Assembly (NCBI GenBank): GCA_020631995.1
Contig: JACKGJ010000002.1
Coordinates: forward strand, 154,773 to 218,772
Direction: 5' to 3'
Length of the DNA: 64,000 nt
From: Candidatus Nomurabacteria bacterium
Lineage (GTDB): Bacteria > Patescibacteriota > Minisyncoccia > Phycocordibacterales > UBA918
The translations under genes and the position numbers were made by a program. Under the pieces are notes generated by a model. It was not told the origin of the DNA and did not search any database. It saw only the letters and a program-made list of their open reading frames with translations. Shown here one piece after another: positions 54,345-63,074 of the stretch; position 1 is the stretch's first letter; each line of letters begins with the position of its first letter.

Positions 54345-54537
54345 CCCGAGCAAATCAGGTGTTGATAGTAAAAACGTCGCTCGTCCTATCTCCGCCGCAA
54401 GCGGACGGAGCATTAGGCGAGCGAACCAGGTGATTTTGCTAGATAGGGTGTCGGCCTCCGCCGACCTTGGTTATAAAAGTCACATTCATCCTTGCGACAA
54501 TGCCGTCGAGACTGACTTCGACATTGCTAGTGAAACT
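54345..54537 (+). repeat. GCTAG-box intergenic element, core type (copy A), antisense to flanking genes
   Basis: CCCGAGCAAATCAGG...GTAAAAACGTCGCTCGTCCTAT-CTCCGCCGC-AA-GCGGACGGAG-CATTAGGCGAGCGAACCAGGTGATTTTGCTAGATAGGGT-GTCGGC-CTCC-GCCGAC-CTTGGTTATAAAAGTCACATTCATCC...GACATTGCTAGTGAAAC. It aligns end to end with copy B. Confidence 0.75.
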
Positions 54538-54544
54538 TTAATCT

Positions 54545-55273
54545 TTATTTATATGAAGGTACCTTTGGCTGACTATGTTCAATTTCTATTTCTTCGAATC
54601 GTTGTATTTGTGTAACCAAGATTGAGCCTTGCTTAACTGACTCTAAGACCGCTAAGAATCCAACGATGTACGTATGTTTCTCAGTGGAATCTGCAATCAA
54701 TTCACTAAACTTTAAGCGAAGCTGACTCTCTATCCGCTTATGTAGTCTGTCTATCATTTCTTCCAGAGAGACAACTTTCCGCACCTGCACCTTTGGCTTA
54801 ACTATCTTGATAGGTAAGTCAGATACGACCCTATACATCGCTTCGTGGAGTGCTGCTTTTGAACAAAATTCGTCTGGAAGGAATAGTGGTTTTCGTTCTG
54901 GCACATACTGACGCTCATGCATTACTCTCTGTCCAAAAGTTTCCGCTACGGTTGCGGAAGCCACACGATAGATTTGGTACAGCTTAAGTCGCTCTTCTAG
55001 CTCCTCGATGCTACTTTCCTCTTCTTCAGACAATTCCAAAACAGGCAGAAGAGATTTGGATTTAATAAGAAGCAGTGTGGCCGCTAGAGCTACGAAGTTT
55101 GCAGTACCAGGGAGTGACATCTCCTGCATTTTTGATACCTCTGCCATATACTCGTCGGTCACTGTTGCGAGCGAAAAGTCATTAATCAAAAGCTTACGCC
55201 TTTCAACCAAGTCGATTAGGAGTTCGAGTGGCCCTTCAAAAATAGGGGTCTTAATGGAGAAATTGGTGACCAT
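54545..55273 (-). CDS. scpA: segregation and condensation protein A (kleisin ScpA)
   Basis: PIFEGPLELLIDLVERRKLLINDFSLATVTDEYM is the typical ScpA N-terminus. 242 aa. Confidence 0.85.
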   Translation of the reverse strand: MVTNFSIKTPIFEGPLELLIDLVERRKLLINDFSLATVTDEYMAEVSKMQEMSLPGTANFVALAATLLLIKSKSLLPVLELSEEEESSIEELEERLKLYQIYRVASATVAETFGQRVMHERQYVPERKPLFLPDEFCSKAALHEAMYRVVSDLPIKIVKPKVQVRKVVSLEEMIDRLHKRIESQLRLKFSELIADSTEKHTYIVGFLAVLESVKQGSILVTQIQRFEEIEIEHSQPKVPSYK

Positions 55274-55286
55274 TAATTAAATGATA

Positions 55287-55925
55287 TCACGTCAGGTTTG
55301 GGAAGTACCCTTCTGTTTCCATGTCATTGTTAATGACATCACAAAATCTGTCTATATATGGGAAGTCCTTAGTGTATGGTTTTTTAATTCTGATTGAGTC
55401 AGCTTTAGTGAAATTATTTTTGTGATGGACACTAATGTATGAAGGTTCATCCATACACTCAAATAACGGCTCAGCCTTGTCTATGGCTTTAACAAAACAA
55501 GCCTCCTTTGTCTCTCGGTTTTCCTCTTCATTAATTAAGCTTTCTGCGTCAACGCGTAGTAACTCAGGCATGTTTGCAAATAAATTCTTGAGTGCATTCT
55601 TTGCCTCTTCACGATCGGTATCAGTTTTACGGTGAGATATTACATCACCCGTCTCAATCTCGTCAGCATCGTGCCAGGTGATTAGTTGTTGGATTCTGTT
55701 GTAGTCCCATTCGCTATTTACATCCTCTAATTTTATAAAGTAACTAGACAAAATGTGCATACCATAGATGTGTTCTGCTACTGACTCAGTATGAATCTCC
55801 TCGTGTCTATTTAAAGCATATCGAATTTCTCGCTTCAGTCCATATAAATAACGCAAACGACGTGCTTCCTCAAGAACAAACTCGTCATCCTCCATTATTC
55901 TTTTTCTAGTTTCTTCTAGAGTCAT
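55287..55925 (-). CDS. HD-domain phosphohydrolase (YfbR-like 5'-nucleotidase family)
   Basis: ESVAEHIYGMH and WHDADEIETGD carry the H...HD...D metal ligands. Confidence 0.65.
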   Translation of the reverse strand: MTLEETRKRIMEDDEFVLEEARRLRYLYGLKREIRYALNRHEEIHTESVAEHIYGMHILSSYFIKLEDVNSEWDYNRIQQLITWHDADEIETGDVISHRKTDTDREEAKNALKNLFANMPELLRVDAESLINEEENRETKEACFVKAIDKAEPLFECMDEPSYISVHHKNNFTKADSIRIKKPYTKDFPYIDRFCDVINNDMETEGYFPNLT

Positions 55926-55930
55926 AATTA

Positions 55931-57328
55931 TTAAAATTTCTCTATGAACTTAACCAAGAGTCGAAGAGGTTCACCAGTTGAACCTTTGGCGAGTTTGTCG
56001 TGGGCTGCGGCGTCCATTCTGGGAGCAATATCAAGGTGTGCCCAAGGTATACCTTTTGGCGCAAAAAATGAGAGGAAAGCACCACCTTCAATTGCCCCGC
56101 CAAATTTAGAGAAGTTAGGGTGAATGTTTATTACATCAGCTCGAGTCTGTTTGAGAGGTGCTCTATGTTCATCCCAAAGTGGTAGTGGCCATACGTAGTC
56201 TCCACTTTCCTCTCCTAGAGTTTTCAAAGTTTCTGCTAACTTATCATTGGTACCCATTACAGCACTAGCTACCTGCCCAAGAGCTACCATAGATGCACCA
56301 GTCAGGGTTGCAACATCAATAATTGCTCTTGGTTCATAGCGCTTCGCGTAGGATAGTGCATCGGCCAAGATTAATCGACCTTCAGCATCAGTGTGTAAAA
56401 CTTCAATTGTCTTACCAGAATGCGAGTTGATGATATCTCCAGCTCGCATCGACTTCTCAGATACGGCGTTTTCTGCCACTGGAATCAGAGCAACAACATT
56501 CTTTTTGAGGCCTAGTTTTGCCGCAGTAAGTACTGAAAGTGCCACTGATGAACCACCAGACATATCCATATGCATTTCGTGCATTGAGCCAGATGGTTTC
56601 ATATTAAGTCCTCCGGTGTCATAGGTAACTCCTTTTCCGATTAAAACTACTGGTTTCTCAGTACTTTTACCACCCCTATATTCCATTATGATAAAGCATG
56701 GCAGGTCGTCGGCCCCTTTTCCCACCGCCCACAGAGCGTGGAGACCTTCTTTTCTAACCCTTTTGTCATCAAAGACTGTCACTTTAACTTTTGTGCCTTT
56801 GGCAAGCTTTTGTATTGTTTCACCGAATATTTTAGGGGTTAAATCATCTCCAGGTGTATTGGCTATATCGCGTGCAATATTCACGTGCTCACCAATAATG
56901 ATTCCTTGGTCTAGAGTTTTCTTATTTAATACGCCACACACTAGGACTTCTTTTATAAGAGTTTTGCTTTCCGGCTTAGTCTTATATTTTAGAAATTCAT
57001 AACCTGCAATGATTAGGTTCTCCACCAGTGTTGCAGTAACCCATTCTTGGCCATAATCAGAAAGTTTCGTGAATTCCTTTATGGTCGGTACATCGAGTGT
57101 CAGGAATTCTATCTTGTGACTTTGGGCGGTCCTAGCGATGTCCCTCACTAAGGCTATAAACTTTCGTGGAGTGATGTCCGCCGCTTTACCCATTTTGAAA
57201 CGAAGTTCAGTAACACCCTCTGCAGTTTCTACAAACCGGTGACCTAACTTACCTTCAGTTAAAACCAAACGAGTATATTTTTTCGGTGCCTCGGCTACCT
57301 TTTTATTGCTTGTTGTTATCTTCATCAT
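55931..57328 (-). CDS. pepA: leucyl aminopeptidase (M17)
   Basis: VGKGVTYDTGG and the NTDAEGRL-type motif (HTDAEGRLILADAL). Confidence 0.9.
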   Translation of the reverse strand: MMKITTSNKKVAEAPKKYTRLVLTEGKLGHRFVETAEGVTELRFKMGKAADITPRKFIALVRDIARTAQSHKIEFLTLDVPTIKEFTKLSDYGQEWVTATLVENLIIAGYEFLKYKTKPESKTLIKEVLVCGVLNKKTLDQGIIIGEHVNIARDIANTPGDDLTPKIFGETIQKLAKGTKVKVTVFDDKRVRKEGLHALWAVGKGADDLPCFIIMEYRGGKSTEKPVVLIGKGVTYDTGGLNMKPSGSMHEMHMDMSGGSSVALSVLTAAKLGLKKNVVALIPVAENAVSEKSMRAGDIINSHSGKTIEVLHTDAEGRLILADALSYAKRYEPRAIIDVATLTGASMVALGQVASAVMGTNDKLAETLKTLGEESGDYVWPLPLWDEHRAPLKQTRADVINIHPNFSKFGGAIEGGAFLSFFAPKGIPWAHLDIAPRMDAAAHDKLAKGSTGEPLRLLVKFIEKF

Positions 57329-58661
57329 CTTTGCTTAATAGTGTGTCAATGCGATTCATATCACGCGGAAATAGCGTTGCCTCTTTAACGTTTTGCACTC
57401 CACAGAATTTAGCTGTAAGGCGTTCAAGACCCATACCCCAACCTCCGTGTGGTGGAATTCCGTAGTTGAAGGCTTGCAAATAAAAAGCAAAGTTATCAGG
57501 ATTGAGTCCTTTCGCAACGGCTTTTTGTTTTAATATTTCGACATTATGTACACGTTGTCCACCGGTAGTTATTTCTACGCCTCGGAATAATAAGTCGAAG
57601 CTTTTTGTAAAGCCTGGATCGTTTTCGTCTTCGTAGGTATAGAATGGTCGCTTACTCACAGGATAGTGAGTAACGAATACAAAATCACTTCCCAGCTCTT
57701 TACTAGCGTATTCACAGAGCCACCGTTCATCCTCTGGTTCTAAGTCAGGCTCTGATGTCTTGTCCACTCCTGTATGCTCCTTGATTAAGGATTGCACTTC
57801 ACGCAACTTCATATGGGGGAAAATATCACCATCAGGAATTTTTGGTAGTTCAACATTAAGTAAAGCAAGATCTCTCTCGTTACTAGAACCAAGAGCGTTA
57901 CTTATGTAGCGCATCAAACCTGTCTCAACTCGCATTATGTCAGTATGGTCTTTAATAAAGCCCATCTCAGCGTCCAGTGAGGTGTATTCGCTTAGGTGTC
58001 TAGTAGTAGAACTCTTTTCTGCCCGAAAGGCGGTGGCGAAAGTGAAGACTCGTTCAAATACCCCCACCATTATTTGCTTATAAAGCTGTGGTGAAGTGGC
58101 TAAGAAAGCATCCTTATCATAAAAGTATCCAACCTTAAATACCTCAGCCCCTCCCTCAGCGTCACCGCCTACTAACTTCGGTGCCTGAAACTCTGTGAAC
58201 CCTTCTTGGCGCATATATTCGCCATAGGCTCGTGTGATTGTGGCTTGGATATTGAAGATAGCTCGCTCCTCTTTTCTCTTTAGTGTAATAGGACGATTGT
58301 CCAAAAGTGTATCCAAGTTAAATTCACCATCCAAATCAAATGGTAACGGTTCAGCTTTGTTTAGAATTTGAATTTCTGTAATCTCTAATTCAATATCACC
58401 ATTTTGGACTTTATCGTTAATCATTTTCTCTGGACGTTGATTCACCTTGCCAGTTACAAACAGACTACTCTCTGGAGATGCTTCCTTAGCAATTTCGAGT
58501 ACTTCTGGTTTACCAAACACAACTCCTTGAACAACACCAGTGCGATCTCGGAAATCAAAGAAGGCCATCTTTCCTTGGTCACGTCGCACATCAACAATGG
58601 CACCTATAAGTACTTCACTCCCAACTTTATTTTTTAGCTCCTTAATTAAAGTTCTTTCCAT
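57303..58661 (-). CDS. aspS: aspartyl-tRNA synthetase, archaeal/eukaryal-type (class IIb)
   Basis: 452 aa. N-terminal OB fold. FRAEKSSTTRHLSEYTSLDAEMGF, RGVEITTGGQRVH and GGWGMGLERL motifs. Its size and the GGQR motif favour the AspRS type over AsnRS. Confidence 0.75.
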   Translation of the reverse strand: MERTLIKELKNKVGSEVLIGAIVDVRRDQGKMAFFDFRDRTGVVQGVVFGKPEVLEIAKEASPESSLFVTGKVNQRPEKMINDKVQNGDIELEITEIQILNKAEPLPFDLDGEFNLDTLLDNRPITLKRKEERAIFNIQATITRAYGEYMRQEGFTEFQAPKLVGGDAEGGAEVFKVGYFYDKDAFLATSPQLYKQIMVGVFERVFTFATAFRAEKSSTTRHLSEYTSLDAEMGFIKDHTDIMRVETGLMRYISNALGSSNERDLALLNVELPKIPDGDIFPHMKLREVQSLIKEHTGVDKTSEPDLEPEDERWLCEYASKELGSDFVFVTHYPVSKRPFYTYEDENDPGFTKSFDLLFRGVEITTGGQRVHNVEILKQKAVAKGLNPDNFAFYLQAFNYGIPPHGGWGMGLERLTAKFCGVQNVKEATLFPRDMNRIDTLLSKDDEDNNKQ

Positions 58662-58663
58662 AG

Positions 58664-59602
58664 TTATAAAGTTACACCAATCTTTTTACGGACCTCTACC
58701 ATTTTAGCGTTAGCACGAGCCCGAGCTTTCTCGGCACCTTCTTTTAAGACTGACTTTATTTCCTCGTCAGTAATACTTTCGCGCTTTTCTCGCATAGGAG
58801 TAATCAACTTCTCAATATCGTCGAGTAAGGCCTCCTTGAGTGTTTTGTAGCTACCTTTATTTTCTTCATATAGGTTCACTAGCTCTGACTCAGGTCGAAA
58901 GAGTTTATGTATGCTGAAAACATTTTCCGGACGCTCACCTGTGGAGTCAGTCACAATACCCATTACTGCCTTTTGTACTTCTTCCTTAGTTCCAAACAGC
59001 GGGATAGTGTTCTTATAGCTCTTAGACATCTTGGTACCGTCTGTACCCGGAATCACTCCAACACCTTCTAGAATCATCTCCTTCGGAGCGGAGAAAGTAT
59101 CTCCATAAGCAATATTAAATTTATTAGCGGCTTCTCTAGTGTATTCAACATGTTGCTTCTGGTCCTGTCCGACCGGTACCACTTCAGTGTCATACAAAAG
59201 TATGTCAGCGGCCATCAGCATTGGATAATTAAACAAGCCGGCATTAGCCTCCAAACCTTTGGCTACTTTGTCTTTATAAGCATGAGCAAGTTCTAAAAAC
59301 GGCACAGTTACTAGACATTCAAATATCCAAGCAAGTTCGGTGTGCTCAGGTACATCAGATTGCTTAAAGATAATGGCTTCACTCGGGTCGACTCCGACTG
59401 CCAAATAGTCTCTAATGACATCTTTGGTGTTCTGGCGAAGCGTAGATGGGTCCTTAATGGTAGTTAAGGCGTGATAATCCACCACCATTAGATGACTATC
59501 ATAGTCTTGGTACAAATCCACAAAAGGTTTCAGTGCCCCAAAGTAGTTACCCAGATGGAGAGCACCTGAAGGTTGTAGCCCGGTCAAAAGTCGCTTTTTC
59601 AT
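58664..59602 (-). CDS. trpS: tryptophanyl-tRNA synthetase
   Basis: GLQPSGALHLGNYFG (HIGH-type motif) and KMSKS. 312 aa. Confidence 0.92.
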   Translation of the reverse strand: MKKRLLTGLQPSGALHLGNYFGALKPFVDLYQDYDSHLMVVDYHALTTIKDPSTLRQNTKDVIRDYLAVGVDPSEAIIFKQSDVPEHTELAWIFECLVTVPFLELAHAYKDKVAKGLEANAGLFNYPMLMAADILLYDTEVVPVGQDQKQHVEYTREAANKFNIAYGDTFSAPKEMILEGVGVIPGTDGTKMSKSYKNTIPLFGTKEEVQKAVMGIVTDSTGERPENVFSIHKLFRPESELVNLYEENKGSYKTLKEALLDDIEKLITPMREKRESITDEEIKSVLKEGAEKARARANAKMVEVRKKIGVTL

Positions 59603-59640
59603 AGGGAAATACTAGCAGAAATACGCTAAAACACGAAATA

Positions 59641-59775
59641 CCACTTGCTAGATTTTGTTTAAATGGATGCAGATGTACTTAGTTGGAGGAATTTTGGCGA
59701 CAGAGCCTTAGGTAAGCTAAGGTGACAAGCTAAAATTCTGAAACTAAGTACAAATGCGACATTTTAGCGAAATCT
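59641..59775 (+). repeat. GCTAG-box intergenic element, long-hairpin type (copy D), antisense to flanking genes
   Basis: CCACTTGCTAGATTTTGTTTAAATG-[GCAGATGTACTTAGTT GGAGGAATTTTGGC GACAGAG CCTTAG-GTAAG-CTAAGG TGACAA GCTAAAATTCT GA AACTAAGTACAAATGC]-GACATTTTAGCGAAATCT. The flanks match copy B and the interior matches copy E. Confidence 0.75.
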
Positions 59776-61480
59776 ATGTCCACTTTGCTTCTATGCCGTT
59801 AAGCGGCATCACAAATGTAAATGTCGAGCCCTTACCTTCACCCTCTGATGCAACGGTAATGTCTCCTCCCATTCCGTTTGCCATAGTGCGGGCAATATAT
59901 AGACCAAGGCCAGTACCAGTTACATTTATTTCATTAGCATTTTTAGCTCGTTCAAATTTTTGAAAAAGTGTCTTTAAGCCTTCAGGTGAGATTCCAATAC
60001 CTTGATCAATTACATCCACATAAGCCTTTTTCTTCTCTTTATCTTTACGAACTACCACGGTGATAGTGCCAGTGTCTTTAGTGTATTTAAGTGCATTGTC
60101 GATAAGGTTTTGTACTATTTGTCTGGACTTACCAATATCAAGTTTCACAGCCACGCCTTCCTCGGTCGCGGGCTTAAATTCAAGTTTTATGCCTTTTTTC
60201 TCCGCGACAGGTACTAATTCAACAACCACTTCATTAGCTAATTTCTTTAAATCATAGTCAGCAATTTCATACTTCATATTTCCGGCTTCAATGCGTGACA
60301 CGTTAAGATAGTCTTCAATTGAAAGAGCCATATGACGAGACGCATCAGATACGTGAGTCAAAACCTCCTTTACTTTCGGATTAACTTCACCGTATGAACC
60401 CTCGATAATCATCGAAATATATCCACGTACTGAAGTCAGAGGGCTTCTTAACTGATGAGAAGCAATGGACACAAACTCTGACTTCATCTTATCCAAGCGC
60501 TCCAAACGCACATTCACTCCAGCCAACTCAGTGGCCAACTGTTGCGCTAGTTGCTTCTGCTCCACTTCTCTTTTTACACTTCGAGCTAAAACAAATCCAA
60601 TACCAAGCGTTAGAAGAACAGTCGCTACTGCAATAATCTGAATATTTTCTACCTTCCTTATAAATAATATGGAAACGTTCAAAATAACTAATGTGGTAAT
60701 CAAGGCTTGTGTTGCCAAAATTTTCACATTCAATGCGTTGTAACGCACAATAAGGTAAGTAAGAAATCCTGCAAATACTGGCATACCAAATAGTCCGTAC
60801 TGACCAAGTTCCCAATCAACCTCAAAACTCCCTAAGATGTTTCCAAGTGAAAACAAGAACAAAAATGCAGTAATCCCAAAAGTTGCTAAACGAACAGAAG
60901 TTCTTTTGCTCGGTGCGACTTTATGAGCTTTGTAAAGTCCATAAATAAGTATCCACGCCAGAACAAGTATTTCAACGTTATAAAGATAATATTGCCAAAG
61001 TGGACCTTCAAGCGCTTCACGATAACAATTTGTATAATCATAGCCTGTTAGATTGACTGAAGTGTGTGCAAAAATTAGCAAGGGCACAAATAATGCGAAA
61101 ATAACCAACTCCGCCCTCACACTTGGATACCTATCCTCTACGAAAGCATAAATAAAATACAATGCACCGACGTATATTAGAAAATCAAAATATATTAGGA
61201 TTGACCAGAAAAACATAGTGAATTCTGGCTTTTCTGTTGCCCATAGTATTAGGTCAAAAAAACTCCAAATTGAAAAAACCACCGCCATAAAAAGCAGTGC
61301 ACGGTTTGCTCGTAATTTCCAGTTCTGTAAAAAGACAAACGCAGCTAGTATTAATATGGCAATAGCAGGGAAAAGGTGCGAGTAGTATATAAAATTGCCA
61401 AAGACATTCTCAGAAAATATAAGTAACGTGGCTTGGTCCCAGCCACAATATGTTGGATCAATGACAATGTTACTTTGCAT
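59774..61480 (-). CDS. sensor histidine kinase with multi-pass N-terminal membrane domain (no adjacent response regulator)
   Basis: Roughly 7-8 TM segments, H-box SHQLRSPLTSV, and a HATPase_c domain (DNALKYT, DQGIGI, GTGLGLY). Confidence 0.85.
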   Translation of the reverse strand: MQSNIVIDPTYCGWDQATLLIFSENVFGNFIYYSHLFPAIAILILAAFVFLQNWKLRANRALLFMAVVFSIWSFFDLILWATEKPEFTMFFWSILIYFDFLIYVGALYFIYAFVEDRYPSVRAELVIFALFVPLLIFAHTSVNLTGYDYTNCYREALEGPLWQYYLYNVEILVLAWILIYGLYKAHKVAPSKRTSVRLATFGITAFLFLFSLGNILGSFEVDWELGQYGLFGMPVFAGFLTYLIVRYNALNVKILATQALITTLVILNVSILFIRKVENIQIIAVATVLLTLGIGFVLARSVKREVEQKQLAQQLATELAGVNVRLERLDKMKSEFVSIASHQLRSPLTSVRGYISMIIEGSYGEVNPKVKEVLTHVSDASRHMALSIEDYLNVSRIEAGNMKYEIADYDLKKLANEVVVELVPVAEKKGIKLEFKPATEEGVAVKLDIGKSRQIVQNLIDNALKYTKDTGTITVVVRKDKEKKKAYVDVIDQGIGISPEGLKTLFQKFERAKNANEINVTGTGLGLYIARTMANGMGGDITVASEGEGKGSTFTFVMPLNGIEAKWT

Positions 61481-61487
61481 ATTAACT

Positions 61488-61718
61488 TTATTCTTCTAAC
61501 TCAGGTAGACCGTCATCATTGGTAAAAACTTGATAATCCTTTTGGAGCAGTAACTCGTTAAAACACATCCAAATAGATAGCGCTATATAAACTGCTAATA
61601 CTATACGTATTAATGCAGTTTGTGTTTTTGTAGTTGAATGTTCGCTCATATGTTTGTACAAGTTTCGCTCTTTCTTTAAGTATAGTATAAAACCACTCGC
61701 CATTTTTGGAGTGATCAT
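61488..61718 (-). CDS. small hypothetical membrane protein
   Basis: One TM segment (ALIRIVLAVYIALSIWMCF). Start is uncertain; an internal ATG gives MSEHSTTK. The stop lies 7 nt before the kinase start. Confidence 0.4.
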   Translation of the reverse strand: MITPKMASGFILYLKKERNLYKHMSEHSTTKTQTALIRIVLAVYIALSIWMCFNELLLQKDYQVFTNDDGLPELEE

Positions 61719-61743
61719 TCATTTGTGTATAACAAATTAAAGC

Positions 61744-62361
61744 CTAAGACTTACCTCGTAGATAGTTCTCGCGAAGAGTTTGAAAATATTTTGGTACATA
61801 AGGCAGTAGCCTTTCATACTGCTGTTCTGATAAGAGCTGTATGGCACCTACCTCTTTACGACAACTTGCTTCACCACAACTACAGTTCATAACCCAAGGT
61901 AATTCATCATCAGTACTAGAATAATCAAAATTAAGCTCCTCTCCAGGCTCAATGTCACGTCGTGCTACAAATTCACGAGAAGTTCGCAAGCCTAAATTAG
62001 GATTGCAGGAATGATTTATATGATTGAAAAACGGAGCTGGTTCTATCCAGATATTTTTACCAACGGAATACCAGTCAGGATAAATGTAGCACTCCTCAGG
62101 AGTTTCAGCTTTAAAAAAGCGTGTAGGGCCATCCATTAGAAAAACTAGGCCTCCCTTCTTAAAGGCTTTTTTAGAAAAAAGTCCTTTACCCTTTACTCCA
62201 GCATCCTTAATTAGAAAATTGTCCTTATTATTTTTAAATCCGTAAAGTAAAAAAGTCCTAACCTGAGCTAATTGGTAACTTTCTTTAAATAATTTGAACC
62301 AGTCAATTGGATTGAGGGATTTTCTCAGCATATGCTCTGATGTGACAAATAAGTTTAACAT
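61744..62361 (-). CDS. SET-domain protein (putative lysine methyltransferase) with post-SET Cys cluster
   Basis: GKGLFSKKAFKKGGLVF, FFNHINHSCNPN, ELNFDYS and CSCGEASCR. The track TTG start at 62379 lies inside the upstream terminator T-run, so a downstream ATG (62361 or 62331) is used. Confidence 0.75.
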   Translation of the reverse strand: MLNLFVTSEHMLRKSLNPIDWFKLFKESYQLAQVRTFLLYGFKNNKDNFLIKDAGVKGKGLFSKKAFKKGGLVFLMDGPTRFFKAETPEECYIYPDWYSVGKNIWIEPAPFFNHINHSCNPNLGLRTSREFVARRDIEPGEELNFDYSSTDDELPWVMNCSCGEASCRKEVGAIQLLSEQQYERLLPYVPKYFQTLRENYLRGKS

Positions 62362-62371
62362 TGGCTTAACT

Positions 62372-62415
62372 GAAAACAAAAACCGCTCCCCGGGACAACT
62401 ATGTCTCGGGAAGCG
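62372..62415 (-). terminator. intrinsic terminator after the 62421 gene
   Basis: The minus strand reads CGCTTCCCGAGAC-ATAGTT-GTCCCGGGGAGCG followed by GTTTTTGTTTT. Confidence 0.7.
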
Positions 62416-62420
62416 ATATA

Positions 62421-63074
62421 TTATTCCGCTGGCATCGGCTGAACCTTGTGCTGTCTCGGATAAATGGCCCGAAAAGCAAGGACTGCCACAACAGCGTGGA
62501 GGGCAAAGAAGTAGATAGGATAGAAGCTCTGCCAGAGTATGTTATCCGTGTCCCTGAGGAGCACAGAGATGAACATACAGGCATATGCGACACACCAGAT
62601 TATCCACATAGTTGGACGTTCACTTTCTGGCTCCTGCCAGGTTGTGCGCCAAATGGGAATGAACGTAACGATTGTAGTGCCAACCGCAATCGCATTTGCC
62701 ATTTCAGCCAAATCAAACCAGAGCCAGATTGCAAGCGCGACAGCGTCGAAACTTACAAAAGCCCAGTCCTGAATTTTTGGCTTGTGATAAATAACACGGC
62801 CAGTACCACGCCGACGCTCACGCACTTGCGAGAAAAAAGTCGCAGATGTGATAGCAACCAGCCCTAGCACACACGCAAGTGGCAGAAGCGACGTTGACCA
62901 ATGTGAGTCAGTCATATGGTCGTAGGTCTGCCACTCGACAATTCCGCCAAAGAGCCACATAAACCACGTGGCTACGTTCGGCTTAACCTTCTCAGCGAAC
63001 ACCTGTTGTGCGTACATACCGTACGCCAGCAGATGTAATGAGAAGGCAAGTATTCCGAAAACTACAGCCCACAT
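62421..63074 (-). CDS. hypothetical multi-pass membrane protein (Trp-rich, about 6-7 TM), G+C-rich
   Basis: AGGAGAGG lies 5 nt upstream of the ATG at 63074; the track TTG start is rejected. I recognise no family. Confidence 0.6.
   Translation of the reverse strand: MWAVVFGILAFSLHLLAYGMYAQQVFAEKVKPNVATWFMWLFGGIVEWQTYDHMTDSHWSTSLLPLACVLGLVAITSATFFSQVRERRRGTGRVIYHKPKIQDWAFVSFDAVALAIWLWFDLAEMANAIAVGTTIVTFIPIWRTTWQEPESERPTMWIIWCVAYACMFISVLLRDTDNILWQSFYPIYFFALHAVVAVLAFRAIYPRQHKVQPMPAE

Noticed and set aside
54495-54509. 15-nt identity (CGACAATGCCGTCGA) between repeat copy A and the coding region at 39452-39466
   Set aside because: A few 15-mer coincidences are expected by chance in 64 kb on two strands, and there is no flanking similarity.
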